DNA of 64,000 nt from Klebsiella phage vB_KpM_FBKp24. The notes beneath the pieces were generated by a model. The model had not been told where the DNA came from, did no database searches, and saw only the letters and a program-made list of their open reading frames with translations. The stretch lies in sequence record MW394391.1. The stretch is one strand, 5' to 3'. Shown here one piece after another: positions 56,308 through 64,000 of this stretch (the stretch's first letter is position 1; every line of letters starts with the position of its first letter). Made by a program: the position numbers and the translations under genes.

Positions 56308-57525
56308 CTAGTCTCCGTAGTAATAACTGAAGGTGAAGGTAAACCCGTACTTGGTGTATTCCGGTGAAATATGGAAGATCTGTGCGGGTTTACTTTCCTT
56401 CATAGCGGGGATACGTTCTTTTAATGCATCCAGTGCGATGTCCACTTGGGTGTTACTTAGTTCAGAAAGAGTTATTGTCGCGCAATAGGTAGCGGTGAAT
56501 ATATCTTTTCTATTCCAGCCGACCGCGTGAGAGACAGATTTACCGTCGTCCCAGTCTTTAACATACTGGCGAAGTGTTTGTTCCGTAAAAGACAAATCTA
56601 ACTTCGGTACACTGATCATCTTTTCTTTAATTAATGAGACTAGCGCCCGAGTCAACGTAATTAAAGAAACCTGTTGTACTTGACCGCTGGCGCCTGAATT
56701 TAATTTTCGGATAAAATGGCCAATGAGTTGAGGGAGTTTATTGATCATTTTATTAAAAATAGTATCGTTAGGTGGTTTTACGGGAGGGAAGCAAATTGAC
56801 AATATAACTTTATCCCGATTACCCCCAATTCTTTCCACAGAGTATTCCGCGTAGAGCGAACCGTCTTCCCCGAAAGAAAGTTCAACGTCCTTTCTAACAG
56901 CTGAGGAACCTATCACATCTCGCGCGTCATCAAAAGTGATACTATAGGCTATCGGGGAAACGTTGTTATCTTTGCTCCGCCGGTAATTTGTAAGGACACT
57001 AGTAACCGCGAGGTGCGGGGCGTTGAGGTCCTCTAGGGTAGCGACGATGTCTTTCATTTTAGTCTCCTGTTTATTACTGAGGGAATTATCGACGAAGGTA
57101 AAAATAGCTTCTATTTCTTCGACGGGGTTAATAACATGACTACGGCTCATGTACGAGGTTATTAACCTATTTAGTTTTTCGATCAGTTCTTTTTCTGAGG
57201 CAACACCCACGTAACCTTTTTTCTGCCACTCAAAACGAATATCGAAATGAATAGAGTAGCGATCATTGTCAGGAAGTACTGGTCTTGTAAAATGAGTGAC
57301 AGTACCGTCTTTAATTACAATATCGATACGAACCTGATCTATCGCGTCGCTAATGAATTTTGGAACACTCCAGCTATATTCTAGCTCAGGATTCGGGGTA
57401 GTGGGTTCGCAAGACAGTGTAAATTTCGGGAAAGGAGAATAACTGACATTGGCTTTAAATAAATAAAATTTACCTGCTTGAAAATCTTTAACAATTGAAT
57501 CGTTCTGACCTTTTGAATAGTTCAT
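56308..57525 (-). CDS. hypothetical protein (405 aa)
   Basis: Long ORF. Confidence 0.6.
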   Translation of the reverse strand: MNYSKGQNDSIVKDFQAGKFYLFKANVSYSPFPKFTLSCEPTTPNPELEYSWSVPKFISDAIDQVRIDIVIKDGTVTHFTRPVLPDNDRYSIHFDIRFEWQKKGYVGVASEKELIEKLNRLITSYMSRSHVINPVEEIEAIFTFVDNSLSNKQETKMKDIVATLEDLNAPHLAVTSVLTNYRRSKDNNVSPIAYSITFDDARDVIGSSAVRKDVELSFGEDGSLYAEYSVERIGGNRDKVILSICFPPVKPPNDTIFNKMINKLPQLIGHFIRKLNSGASGQVQQVSLITLTRALVSLIKEKMISVPKLDLSFTEQTLRQYVKDWDDGKSVSHAVGWNRKDIFTATYCATITLSELSNTQVDIALDALKERIPAMKESKPAQIFHISPEYTKYGFTFTFSYYYGD

Positions 57526-57551
57526 TTTGTCACCTCACACTTTTACCGTAA

Positions 57552-57579
57552 TAGAGTCGGAGGAACTCCTCCGACTCTA
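57552..57579. other. 12-bp-stem hairpin (TAGAGTCGGAGG/CCTCCGACTCTA); the T-run is on the plus side only
   Basis: Perfect stem. Followed by GGTTTTATTTTGG on the plus strand. Confidence 0.4.
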
Positions 57580-57584
57580 AGGTT

Positions 57585-57893
57585 TTATTTTGGTCTTACA
57601 CGTAGTTCGAGTTTCACTTTCCCGATGGAATCATTTTCAATGACAATACTTCGCCAGAGACCGATCTCCCCGCCATAGGCGTAAAAGCAGATCTCGCGTT
57701 CAAGAATGTCGAAGAGTCGAGTAACCGCCCTCTTCTCATCTTCGTTGAACTCAAAGCATGGATCAAGCGATTTTTCTCGATGTACCTTTACGTTTTGAAC
57801 CAGTTCTACAGCATCGTTAAATTCCGTAGAAACTAGTCCGGCGTGAACGGCGTTATGTACGTAAACTACTGTCTCCAGTACACAGGTCGTCAT
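57585..57893 (-). CDS. hypothetical protein (102 aa; start MTTCVLET)
   Basis: TAATG overlap with the upstream small ORF. Confidence 0.45.
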   Translation of the reverse strand: MTTCVLETVVYVHNAVHAGLVSTEFNDAVELVQNVKVHREKSLDPCFEFNEDEKRAVTRLFDILEREICFYAYGGEIGLWRSIVIENDSIGKVKLELRVRPK

Positions 57894-58024
57894 TAGATTA
57901 CTCCACCCCAAACAATCGCCGCCGCAAATAACCACCAACCCCAGCTATGTTCCCCGTGAAAGAAACCATAGCCTCCAATACCGATTAACACTAAACTTAA
58001 AATACCGGCCATGAAATATTTCAT
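57893..58024 (-). CDS. small membrane protein (43 aa, MKYFMAGILSLVLIGIGGYGFFHGEHSWGWWLFAAAIVWGGVI)
   Basis: ATGA overlap with the TS stop. Two hydrophobic helices. Below the ORF-track cutoff. Confidence 0.4.
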   Translation of the reverse strand: MKYFMAGILSLVLIGIGGYGFFHGEHSWGWWLFAAAIVWGGVI

Positions 58025-59412
58025 ACCGACACCTCTATTTTAATCGCAGGGTGGTGTTTGTATTCCGTGAAGACGAAGTCCTCAAAGGTGAGTTCAAATA
58101 ATCCTTTCTTTGGAACGACCACCGCCGAATCGTAATAGTGCTCAGAACGAACAAAACATTCTACTGGTTTATACGGCTCACGAGTAAGCTGTAATTTCAC
58201 TTCCTCGATCTGGTTAAGGTAGATATGGACGTTAGTCAGATTACCAACCAACTGTTTTGGCGCCATCCCCAACTCATGGGCAAAGGCCAGTAACATGAAT
58301 GCGTAGAACGCCTGGTTATACGGTTCGCCGACGGGTAAGTCCACGGAACGCATTGAGTACTTAAGACTCAACCACTGCGTAGGGACATGATTCTCAGTGA
58401 GCCACTCCGCTTTACGTTCTGCCGACATCTTAGGTTGATTACAATGTTCTTCTGCGTAGCAGTCGGACATGTGATCTTCCCAGAGATCCTGGAAGTACGG
58501 GTTAGCGTTATTCGCGCACCAATCCAAACGCTCGCGCAGCGTCATCTCTTCCACGTAGAACTCTACGAGGAAATGACAGGGAGTGAGGCACGGTTTTCCG
58601 TTGATAACGTTTTCCTGCGGTGTCACCTTTACCGTCTTAGTTCGCGGTACCCCGTGACTGGCCAGAAAATCTTCGCAGTTATCGGTCTTACCGTGATCTT
58701 CCAGGCGCGGCCAGAAGATCGCATAAAGGTCCGGGCTGTGGGTTTTTAAATGTTCCCACATCTCGTCATTAGTGAGAGTAACTTCTTTCGTTTCCTCTGG
58801 CATCCAGAGTGGGTTCCACGCCGAGATGAGAATCCGGCGGGATTCTGGATTGTTCCGCAGCAGGTCTAAAACATATGCGACTTGATCAACGCCTTTCTTC
58901 TTAAGCGGGTCTTCCGAGAAGTTTCGCCAGGCGCTACCATACGGCGCATTCAGATCATTTACGTGATGTGCGATTACCGAGCGCGTACGCGGTACGTTAT
59001 GCGAATCCAACCACACGTGACCCTCTTCGACTGGGCGAATAGAGATCTTCTTACTGAAGAACTCGATGTACGCATCTTCGTTGTTTTCTTCCAGCCAACG
59101 CAAACGCTCGTAATTCTCCAACTCCACTTCCGTAGAGACGTTTTCCTTCAACCGCCACGGCGCCCAGAAATCCCCTTTCCCGTCCTCGGTGATCATCGAC
59201 TCCATATGGAGCTCACCATTAAGGATAGAACGGAACTCTCGCCAAGCCAGTTTACGAGAAACAAACTTTGTGGTGAGTAACGGGAACTCACCTTTTGATA
59301 GATCGTATTTTAATCTGGCATCAAAAATACCGATAGTCCCTGTCCCGGTACGATCGCCGCGCACTCGTCCTGTTTCCAAGACTTCCTGGAGTAATTCAAG
59401 GTATTGTTTCAT
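58021..59412 (-). CDS. thyA: thymidylate synthase homologue with three large insertions (463 aa)
   Basis: N-terminus MKQYLELLQEVL..GDRTGTGT. RRILISAWNP. The PCH nucleophile motif. YSMRSVD. PYNQAFYAF. C-terminus HHPAIK. Confidence 0.8.
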   Translation of the reverse strand: MKQYLELLQEVLETGRVRGDRTGTGTIGIFDARLKYDLSKGEFPLLTTKFVSRKLAWREFRSILNGELHMESMITEDGKGDFWAPWRLKENVSTEVELENYERLRWLEENNEDAYIEFFSKKISIRPVEEGHVWLDSHNVPRTRSVIAHHVNDLNAPYGSAWRNFSEDPLKKKGVDQVAYVLDLLRNNPESRRILISAWNPLWMPEETKEVTLTNDEMWEHLKTHSPDLYAIFWPRLEDHGKTDNCEDFLASHGVPRTKTVKVTPQENVINGKPCLTPCHFLVEFYVEEMTLRERLDWCANNANPYFQDLWEDHMSDCYAEEHCNQPKMSAERKAEWLTENHVPTQWLSLKYSMRSVDLPVGEPYNQAFYAFMLLAFAHELGMAPKQLVGNLTNVHIYLNQIEEVKLQLTREPYKPVECFVRSEHYYDSAVVVPKKGLFELTFEDFVFTEYKHHPAIKIEVSV

Positions 59413-59642
59413 TTATTCTCATTCTCCCCTATTTCAGTTAATTTCAACATCAAGTTATTGCGTGCGTTTAGCATAGTCTGTGTATTTTTAAAACCTATGC
59501 GCAGTTCACCACCGGAATAGAAGAGAACTTTAAAAAACGCATAATCGTTTCGGTCTTCTGGCCATGCCGGCCCAACAAACTTTATGTCGCTTAGATCAAT
59601 CATAAAACTTTGATCTGTACCATCGAGTATCGTAGTTAACAT
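59409..59642 (-). CDS. hypothetical protein (77 aa)
   Basis: ORF. Confidence 0.45.
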   Translation of the reverse strand: MLTTILDGTDQSFMIDLSDIKFVGPAWPEDRNDYAFFKVLFYSGGELRIGFKNTQTMLNARNNLMLKLTEIGENENK

Positions 59643-60031
59643 TCACTTTCCTCAGTAAAAATTTTATCGATGTACGGCGTTTTATTGACCCCAACAAATT
59701 CCCCGGTAAACCATCCGTCGGAGAGACGAACGATCTTGTAATAAAACATCCGGTTAAATCGCGTTCCGTTTTTCTTTGTGATCATGTTCGTTATTGCTGC
59801 CGGCAAACAAAAGGCACCAGACATGATCTTTCTTTCGTATCCTTTACCGACCCGGAATCGGAATTCTTCTGTGGTTGTATCAACCTCAAAGTCGATCGAT
59901 GAATACAATTCCGGTTGTAGGTCCCGGAAACCTGCGGAGAGATAACAGCTCCCACCAGGCATTAAGCGAAGGTAAATGCTCTTTTGTTTCAGCGTAAGCT
60001 TGGGAATATTCTCGAGTTTCTCAAAGGGCAT
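59636..60031 (-). CDS. hypothetical protein, paralogue of 61723..62133 (start MPFEKLEN)
   Basis: Shares MPF.K.. and IDFE..FRFRVG.GY.R...G.F.LP with the 136-aa ORF. Confidence 0.5.
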   Translation of the reverse strand: MPFEKLENIPKLTLKQKSIYLRLMPGGSCYLSAGFRDLQPELYSSIDFEVDTTTEEFRFRVGKGYERKIMSGAFCLPAAITNMITKKNGTRFNRMFYYKIVRLSDGWFTGEFVGVNKTPYIDKIFTEESEC

Positions 60032-60560
60032 CTGAGTTTGCTCCAAATTGGAAAGGTGAAAAGAAGTTGATAACCATTTCGACCTTTTCTTTGTCAATAA
60101 AGAACTTCCCAACTTCGTTATAGTCTGGGTCAAGGAAGTCGACGAGCCTTTCTTTAAAATACTCGCAAACCACATCGTTTTGTTTCATTTCACTGATGGC
60201 GGAGACTCTCAGTATAACTTCGCCTTCAATCTTGTTGATGTGGTAATTCACGGTGTACCCGCGCAGCGCGGTGTTGATTTCTCCAACATGGAGTGTTTCG
60301 ACGTAGAAGCTAGAATAGCCAAATTGACCATCCCAGTTTTCTTTTAGAACCAGTTCGAATTTCTCCTCGACTCTGCGCAGGATTTGCGTAAAATCTTTTT
60401 CAAGTTCAGGAATTACTTTTCTTTTACGCTCTTCTAATTCATCAACGTAAAGGAAAAGCTCTTTAAACTTATTCCCTCCGCGAGTAGAGAGTTCTTTTTC
60501 TTTTTTCAAAAACCAAAATATTTGATCGAGTTTCATTTTTATTCCTCCGTAATTTATCAA
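60021..60560 (-). CDS. hypothetical protein (179 aa)
   Basis: ORF. Confidence 0.5.
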   Translation of the reverse strand: MINYGGIKMKLDQIFWFLKKEKELSTRGGNKFKELFLYVDELEERKRKVIPELEKDFTQILRRVEEKFELVLKENWDGQFGYSSFYVETLHVGEINTALRGYTVNYHINKIEGEVILRVSAISEMKQNDVVCEYFKERLVDFLDPDYNEVGKFFIDKEKVEMVINFFSPFQFGANSDAL

Positions 60561-60582
60561 AATAAAACAAGACGGAATAAAA

Positions 60583-60610
60583 AGAGAGGGGGAGATTCCC
60601 CTCTCTTTTC
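60583..60610 (-). terminator. rho-independent terminator
   Basis: AGAGAGGGG-GAGATT-CCCCTCTCT flanked by A/T runs. Confidence 0.7.
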
Positions 60611-61209
60611 TATTTACCCGTGCGAGTGTTTACCCAGGAAGACAAATGCTTCAGTTTGTCACGATGAGCGAGTAGCTTGCTCCAGCTTTTCTCGGGTTTG
60701 TTGGTGGAATCTCCAACTACCCTTTGATAGGCGTAGACGATTTGATCGTAAGAAACTTCAGCCGGCATCCCGCCAGTGGCCGTACAGAAGAGAGGCATGA
60801 CAACCTCAGAAATTTTCCTGTCGGGTGTCATCTTATTGAAATAAACAATTTGACAGAATGCAGCGAGGGCCACACGGTAAGCGATATCTTTTTCTTTTGC
60901 GGGGCTAGGAAAACGCATAGTCGGCGCGTAGCACAGCTGTAGATTACCGCCTAAAGAAACAGTAATAGCTTGGCCCACCGGCATTTCTTTACCCCAGAAA
61001 CGCTCGATAGCAAATTGTACTGCATCTTGAGAATCGGGAAATTTATTCGCTATAACTTTGTCGAAGCCGCCATCCATGATCCCGAATGAATTACCTGGCG
61101 TAATAACGCAGTCGTAATCTTTTCCCGGGATCAGCGCATTAAAGTCGCCTTTCTGGTAATGTTGGCGGGGTGAAAGATTTACTCTGTCAACGATCTTTAG
61201 ATTAAACAT
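60610..61209 (-). CDS. macro-domain-like protein (second copy; 199 aa)
   Basis: ITPGNSFGIMDGGFDKVI resembles the macro-domain Gly-rich ADP-ribose-binding loop. Confidence 0.45.
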   Translation of the reverse strand: MFNLKIVDRVNLSPRQHYQKGDFNALIPGKDYDCVITPGNSFGIMDGGFDKVIANKFPDSQDAVQFAIERFWGKEMPVGQAITVSLGGNLQLCYAPTMRFPSPAKEKDIAYRVALAAFCQIVYFNKMTPDRKISEVVMPLFCTATGGMPAEVSYDQIVYAYQRVVGDSTNKPEKSWSKLLAHRDKLKHLSSWVNTRTGK

Positions 61210-61213
61210 TTTA

Positions 61214-61699
61214 TTACCTTCCTAGATTAAAGAGTGATTGTAAAGGGCTCAGTAATGGTTTCTTGTAGTTTCGATAGACGATCTCGATTGATAACTTTGC
61301 TCCGGATTTGGAGGTCAAAAGAAGTACATCTGAAATGTATCGGGTTTTCAGGAGCTTCTTCTTCTGATAAATCTCAAGAACTTTCTCGGCTTTCTCGTCG
61401 ATAAGGTAATCGCTATCTAGCCTTACTCGAATTTCTTTCAGTGCATTAGTTCGAATCGCAAGTTGAAAGTCGATAGAGAGTCGAGGCGCTGTCACCTTGA
61501 CAGACCCTTTCTCCCCGATACCGTTCTTCAACTTCTCATGGAAAGCAACGCTGGCTGATTTGTCCCGTAAATATTCGGTGACTTCGTCTATCGTCTTGGA
61601 GATAACAGCGATCAGTGCGATCTCTAGACTTTGGGGTTCTTCTTCCACCGGTTCTTCAAGTGATTGAAACAATTTAGCAAGTGGGTCGGCTGAGGTCAT
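61214..61699 (-). CDS. hypothetical protein (161 aa)
   Basis: ORF. Confidence 0.5.
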   Translation of the reverse strand: MTSADPLAKLFQSLEEPVEEEPQSLEIALIAVISKTIDEVTEYLRDKSASVAFHEKLKNGIGEKGSVKVTAPRLSIDFQLAIRTNALKEIRVRLDSDYLIDEKAEKVLEIYQKKKLLKTRYISDVLLLTSKSGAKLSIEIVYRNYKKPLLSPLQSLFNLGR

Positions 61700-61722
61700 T
61701 TTTTACTCCTACTTTTATCAGA

Positions 61723-62133
61723 TCAAATCCAACGATCGTTAGGGCGAATAAAGGTTTGGAAAACGCCGTACCACCAACCGTCGTCTTTCAAAACGGGTTG
61801 GAAGTAGGCAGAACGCCGCATTGACCCGACCTGATTTTTCCCTGCAGCAATAATATTCTTGTACCAAATAGTGCGTAGTACTGCACTAGGAAGCTGGAAT
61901 TTCCCGCCCACTAAAGGACGGTCGTAATTTTCCCCTACACGAAAACGAAACCTACCATTGTTAGGCTCGTATTCAAAGTCGATAGTATTGTTTTCCCCCT
62001 CTTCTAATCCCCAGAGAAATGTCTTTGATAATGAACAGTCCGAATCGCGCGACAGTCGAATGTAAGGTACTGTATAGACTTGCTCACGCGGAGTAGAGGT
62101 AGTGGGAGTATATGGTATCTTGATAAAAGGCAT
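61723..62133 (-). CDS. hypothetical protein, paralogue of 59636..60031 (136 aa)
   Basis: Conserved block IDFEYEPNNGRFRFRVGENYDRPLVGGKFQLP. Confidence 0.5.
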   Translation of the reverse strand: MPFIKIPYTPTTSTPREQVYTVPYIRLSRDSDCSLSKTFLWGLEEGENNTIDFEYEPNNGRFRFRVGENYDRPLVGGKFQLPSAVLRTIWYKNIIAAGKNQVGSMRRSAYFQPVLKDDGWWYGVFQTFIRPNDRWI

Positions 62134-62163
62134 GTAATTCTCCTTGACTAAAAAATAAAAGAA

Positions 62164-62187
62164 TAGAGGGGAATTAATTCCCCTCTA
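62164..62187 (-). terminator. rho-independent terminator
   Basis: TAGAGGGG-AATTAATT-CCCCTCTA. A6TA4 lies upstream on the plus strand. Confidence 0.65.
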
Positions 62188-62192
62188 CGTTA

Positions 62193-62570
62193 TTAGCAGA
62201 CGATCGAATCAACGAACAGTGCGGTATTGCTGCGAGTCGGCTGAATTTGCTTTTCGATGGTCGGGAAGAATTTACCGGCGGCGTTAATGAAAAGAAACGC
62301 GGTGTCTTTCTCGCCGCGACCTACTTTTTCGGCCGATAGAACACTAACCGGGAAAGGAACAACTTTGACTTTATCAATCACTGCCGGACCAAGGTAAAGC
62401 TCGATCATTTCCGCAAACTTTTTACGGGTCGCTGGATCACCGTAAACTTTAATTGTTTTCCCTTTTACCAGGTTATTGAGAATGAACGCTGCGTAGTGAA
62501 GCAGCGCTGTATTGTTGAAAGTACCTGTAACGCGGATCGATTGAATTCGTTTCATTTCGTGAACACCCAA
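62193..62570 (-). CDS. hypothetical protein (125 aa)
   Basis: ORF. Confidence 0.45.
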   Translation of the reverse strand: MGVHEMKRIQSIRVTGTFNNTALLHYAAFILNNLVKGKTIKVYGDPATRKKFAEMIELYLGPAVIDKVKVVPFPVSVLSAEKVGRGEKDTAFLFINAAGKFFPTIEKQIQPTRSNTALFVDSIVC

Positions 62571-63109
62571 TAAACACTGTAGAAGTTGATCGCATGAATA
62601 CCGGAAGAGAGGGTATCAAGTTCCCCTAGGTCATCAGGGTCAATAAGGTTGACCTTTAACCCTGTCGCCAACAAACGTTTCAGATTGTAAGCCACGGCTG
62701 TCTGAGGAATCCGAAACGTAATCGCTTGTTGGTTTCTGAAGTGACTAACCAAATCGCGAGGGGCATCACCTAAACGTTCTAGATACTTAGCGAACGTTTC
62801 GCCATCTAACCCGTCTAACGACCACTGCCAAACGACACCGTCTGCCGCAACGACAGCCACTCCTTTATAACGATACGGTTTTTGGTATTCTCCCCATTTG
62901 ATACTCTCTGGCTGATAGCAAGAATTGTAATCTGTGATCCTCAGTTCTTCGCCAGGTTCTGCTTCATCGACCATTTCAGCAAAAGCGGGAAGGAGAATAG
63001 TCTCACCGGCAGCGTTTTTAGCATGGGCGACAATTTCACCCTCAGTGAGCCCATAAGCATCAGCTGCGTAAACCCCACGTTCAAACTTCAATTTTATCTG
63101 CTGAGTCAT
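62552..63109 (-). CDS. hypothetical protein (185 aa)
   Basis: ORF with a 4-nt overlap with the Tpt1 gene. Confidence 0.5.
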   Translation of the reverse strand: MTQQIKLKFERGVYAADAYGLTEGEIVAHAKNAAGETILLPAFAEMVDEAEPGEELRITDYNSCYQPESIKWGEYQKPYRYKGVAVVAADGVVWQWSLDGLDGETFAKYLERLGDAPRDLVSHFRNQQAITFRIPQTAVAYNLKRLLATGLKVNLIDPDDLGELDTLSSGIHAINFYSVYWVFTK

Positions 63110-63675
63110 TCTTTCTTTTCCTCTATTTTAAAACAGCCAACCGGAACGTGCCTGACTAACCAGACCCCGTTCAACGCTTTGTAGAACACGTAGCCGAGCT
63201 CAATTAATTTCTCGGCATCTACGCTCAGTACCACGAGAGAGCCTTTCTTAGCGTACCGTAAACCCACTAACCGCGCCGTCTCAATGTGATCGGTCAAATG
63301 GACAAACTGACGAGATTGCGGATTGAGTCCGTTCTCAAAAATGCTCTCTAAGTTACCCGATGCGGTACCGTGGTACAAAACCCTAGGAGGGGTCTCTTTG
63401 CTAAAAGACATTTCATTCACTGGGAAAGAATGCCCTTGTACCGCTCTGATTGCCGAAAGGTCTTTGGAAAGACTGAATCGTTTCTTGTCGTCTGTTTCAA
63501 CGACGTACATTAACTCCTCTAAACTGACCTCTTTTTTCTGCTCACTGAAAGCAGCAATAAGATCGTCGAGTTTTACATATCCAAATTCGTCCGGCGTTAA
63601 TTTCAATGCCTGAGGGCGATGACGTAAAACAAAACAGAGCGTTTTAGACAGTTTAATGGGGTCATTCATTAGCAT
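63106..63675 (-). CDS. kptA: RNA 2'-phosphotransferase Tpt1/KptA
   Basis: LSKTLCFVLRHRP. IRAVQGHS. LYHGT. FVHLT. NGVWL. ~190 aa, typical of bacterial KptA. Confidence 0.8.
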   Translation of the reverse strand: MLMNDPIKLSKTLCFVLRHRPQALKLTPDEFGYVKLDDLIAAFSEQKKEVSLEELMYVVETDDKKRFSLSKDLSAIRAVQGHSFPVNEMSFSKETPPRVLYHGTASGNLESIFENGLNPQSRQFVHLTDHIETARLVGLRYAKKGSLVVLSVDAEKLIELGYVFYKALNGVWLVRHVPVGCFKIEEKKE

Positions 63676-63937
63676 GAATACTCTTGTTAATGTAAATATT
63701 CCACCCCGGACTCACCCATACTGGAATTTTAAAACCTAAATGGTCTTCTTCTCGATAACCCCAATCTTCCCTTTTAGTAAATGAAAAGAAACGATCGCGA
63801 TCCGCTCTCAACTTATCGTAATAGGCAAACATTTTGTGATCAATTGCCTCTGCTTTATATTTCGCATAGAGCCATTTGCGATACTGCGCTTCCATTTCAT
63901 TGTATTCCACCGGCTCATACCCAGAAAGAATCGTCAC
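63662..63937 (-). CDS. hypothetical protein (91 aa)
   Basis: ORF. Confidence 0.45.
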   Translation of the reverse strand: MTILSGYEPVEYNEMEAQYRKWLYAKYKAEAIDHKMFAYYDKLRADRDRFFSFTKREDWGYREEDHLGFKIPVWVSPGWNIYINKSIHANE

Positions 63938-64000
63938 ACCACCAGTAACATTTTCGGGGTAGCACTGGAGTCCATCCCAAATAGCGGGAAGGGGGATAAA

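Noticed and set aside
1-64000. tRNA genes and CRISPR arrays
   Set aside because: No T-loop (GTTCRANYC) or cloverleaf candidates in the non-coding gaps, all of which are under 200 nt. No repeat-spacer periodicity.

Overview
This window reads as a 64-kb segment of a large virulent tailed dsDNA phage, a myovirus-type genome of roughly 44% GC. It contains no rRNA, tRNA or CRISPR, and no mobile element or recognisable homing endonuclease.

Strand layout: the window is dominated by a long minus-strand array of about 100 tightly packed ORFs, many of them small and overlapping by ATGA or TAATG junctions. Four plus-strand islands interrupt it:
- two tailspike/depolymerase genes (5738..8416 and 25978..27960);
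- a pair of glycosyltransferase-like genes (11828..13288 and 13307..13897);
- one Cys-rich ORF (51319..51657).

Recognisable functions:
- Nucleotide metabolism: thymidine kinase, dihydrofolate reductase, and a thymidylate-synthase homologue carrying three large insertions.
- PhoH-like ATPase.
- NAD+ module: an adjacent Nampt/NadV-like plus Prs-like pair that looks like a NARP1-type NAD+ reconstitution module (Namat + Adps).
- RNA repair and ADP-ribose handling: the RNA ligase RtcB, the RNA 2'-phosphotransferase Tpt1/KptA, and two macro-domain proteins.
- Two BCS1-like AAA+ ATPases.
- A HigA-like HTH fusion protein.
- Lipoproteins and membrane proteins.
- Many well-formed rho-independent terminators.
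- A recurring intergenic motif, GTGATATAGG(C/T)GT, that looks like a phage-specific promoter element.

The most interesting feature is an NAD+/ADP-ribose-centred accessory cluster (Tpt1 + two macro domains + RtcB + Namat/Adps). It could form a closed consume-and-regenerate NAD+ loop for RNA repair and anti-defence.

Functional calls for hypothetical ORFs are low-confidence. Several ORF-track starts were re-assigned to internal ATGs where the listed start is TTG/GTG or overlaps the upstream gene.
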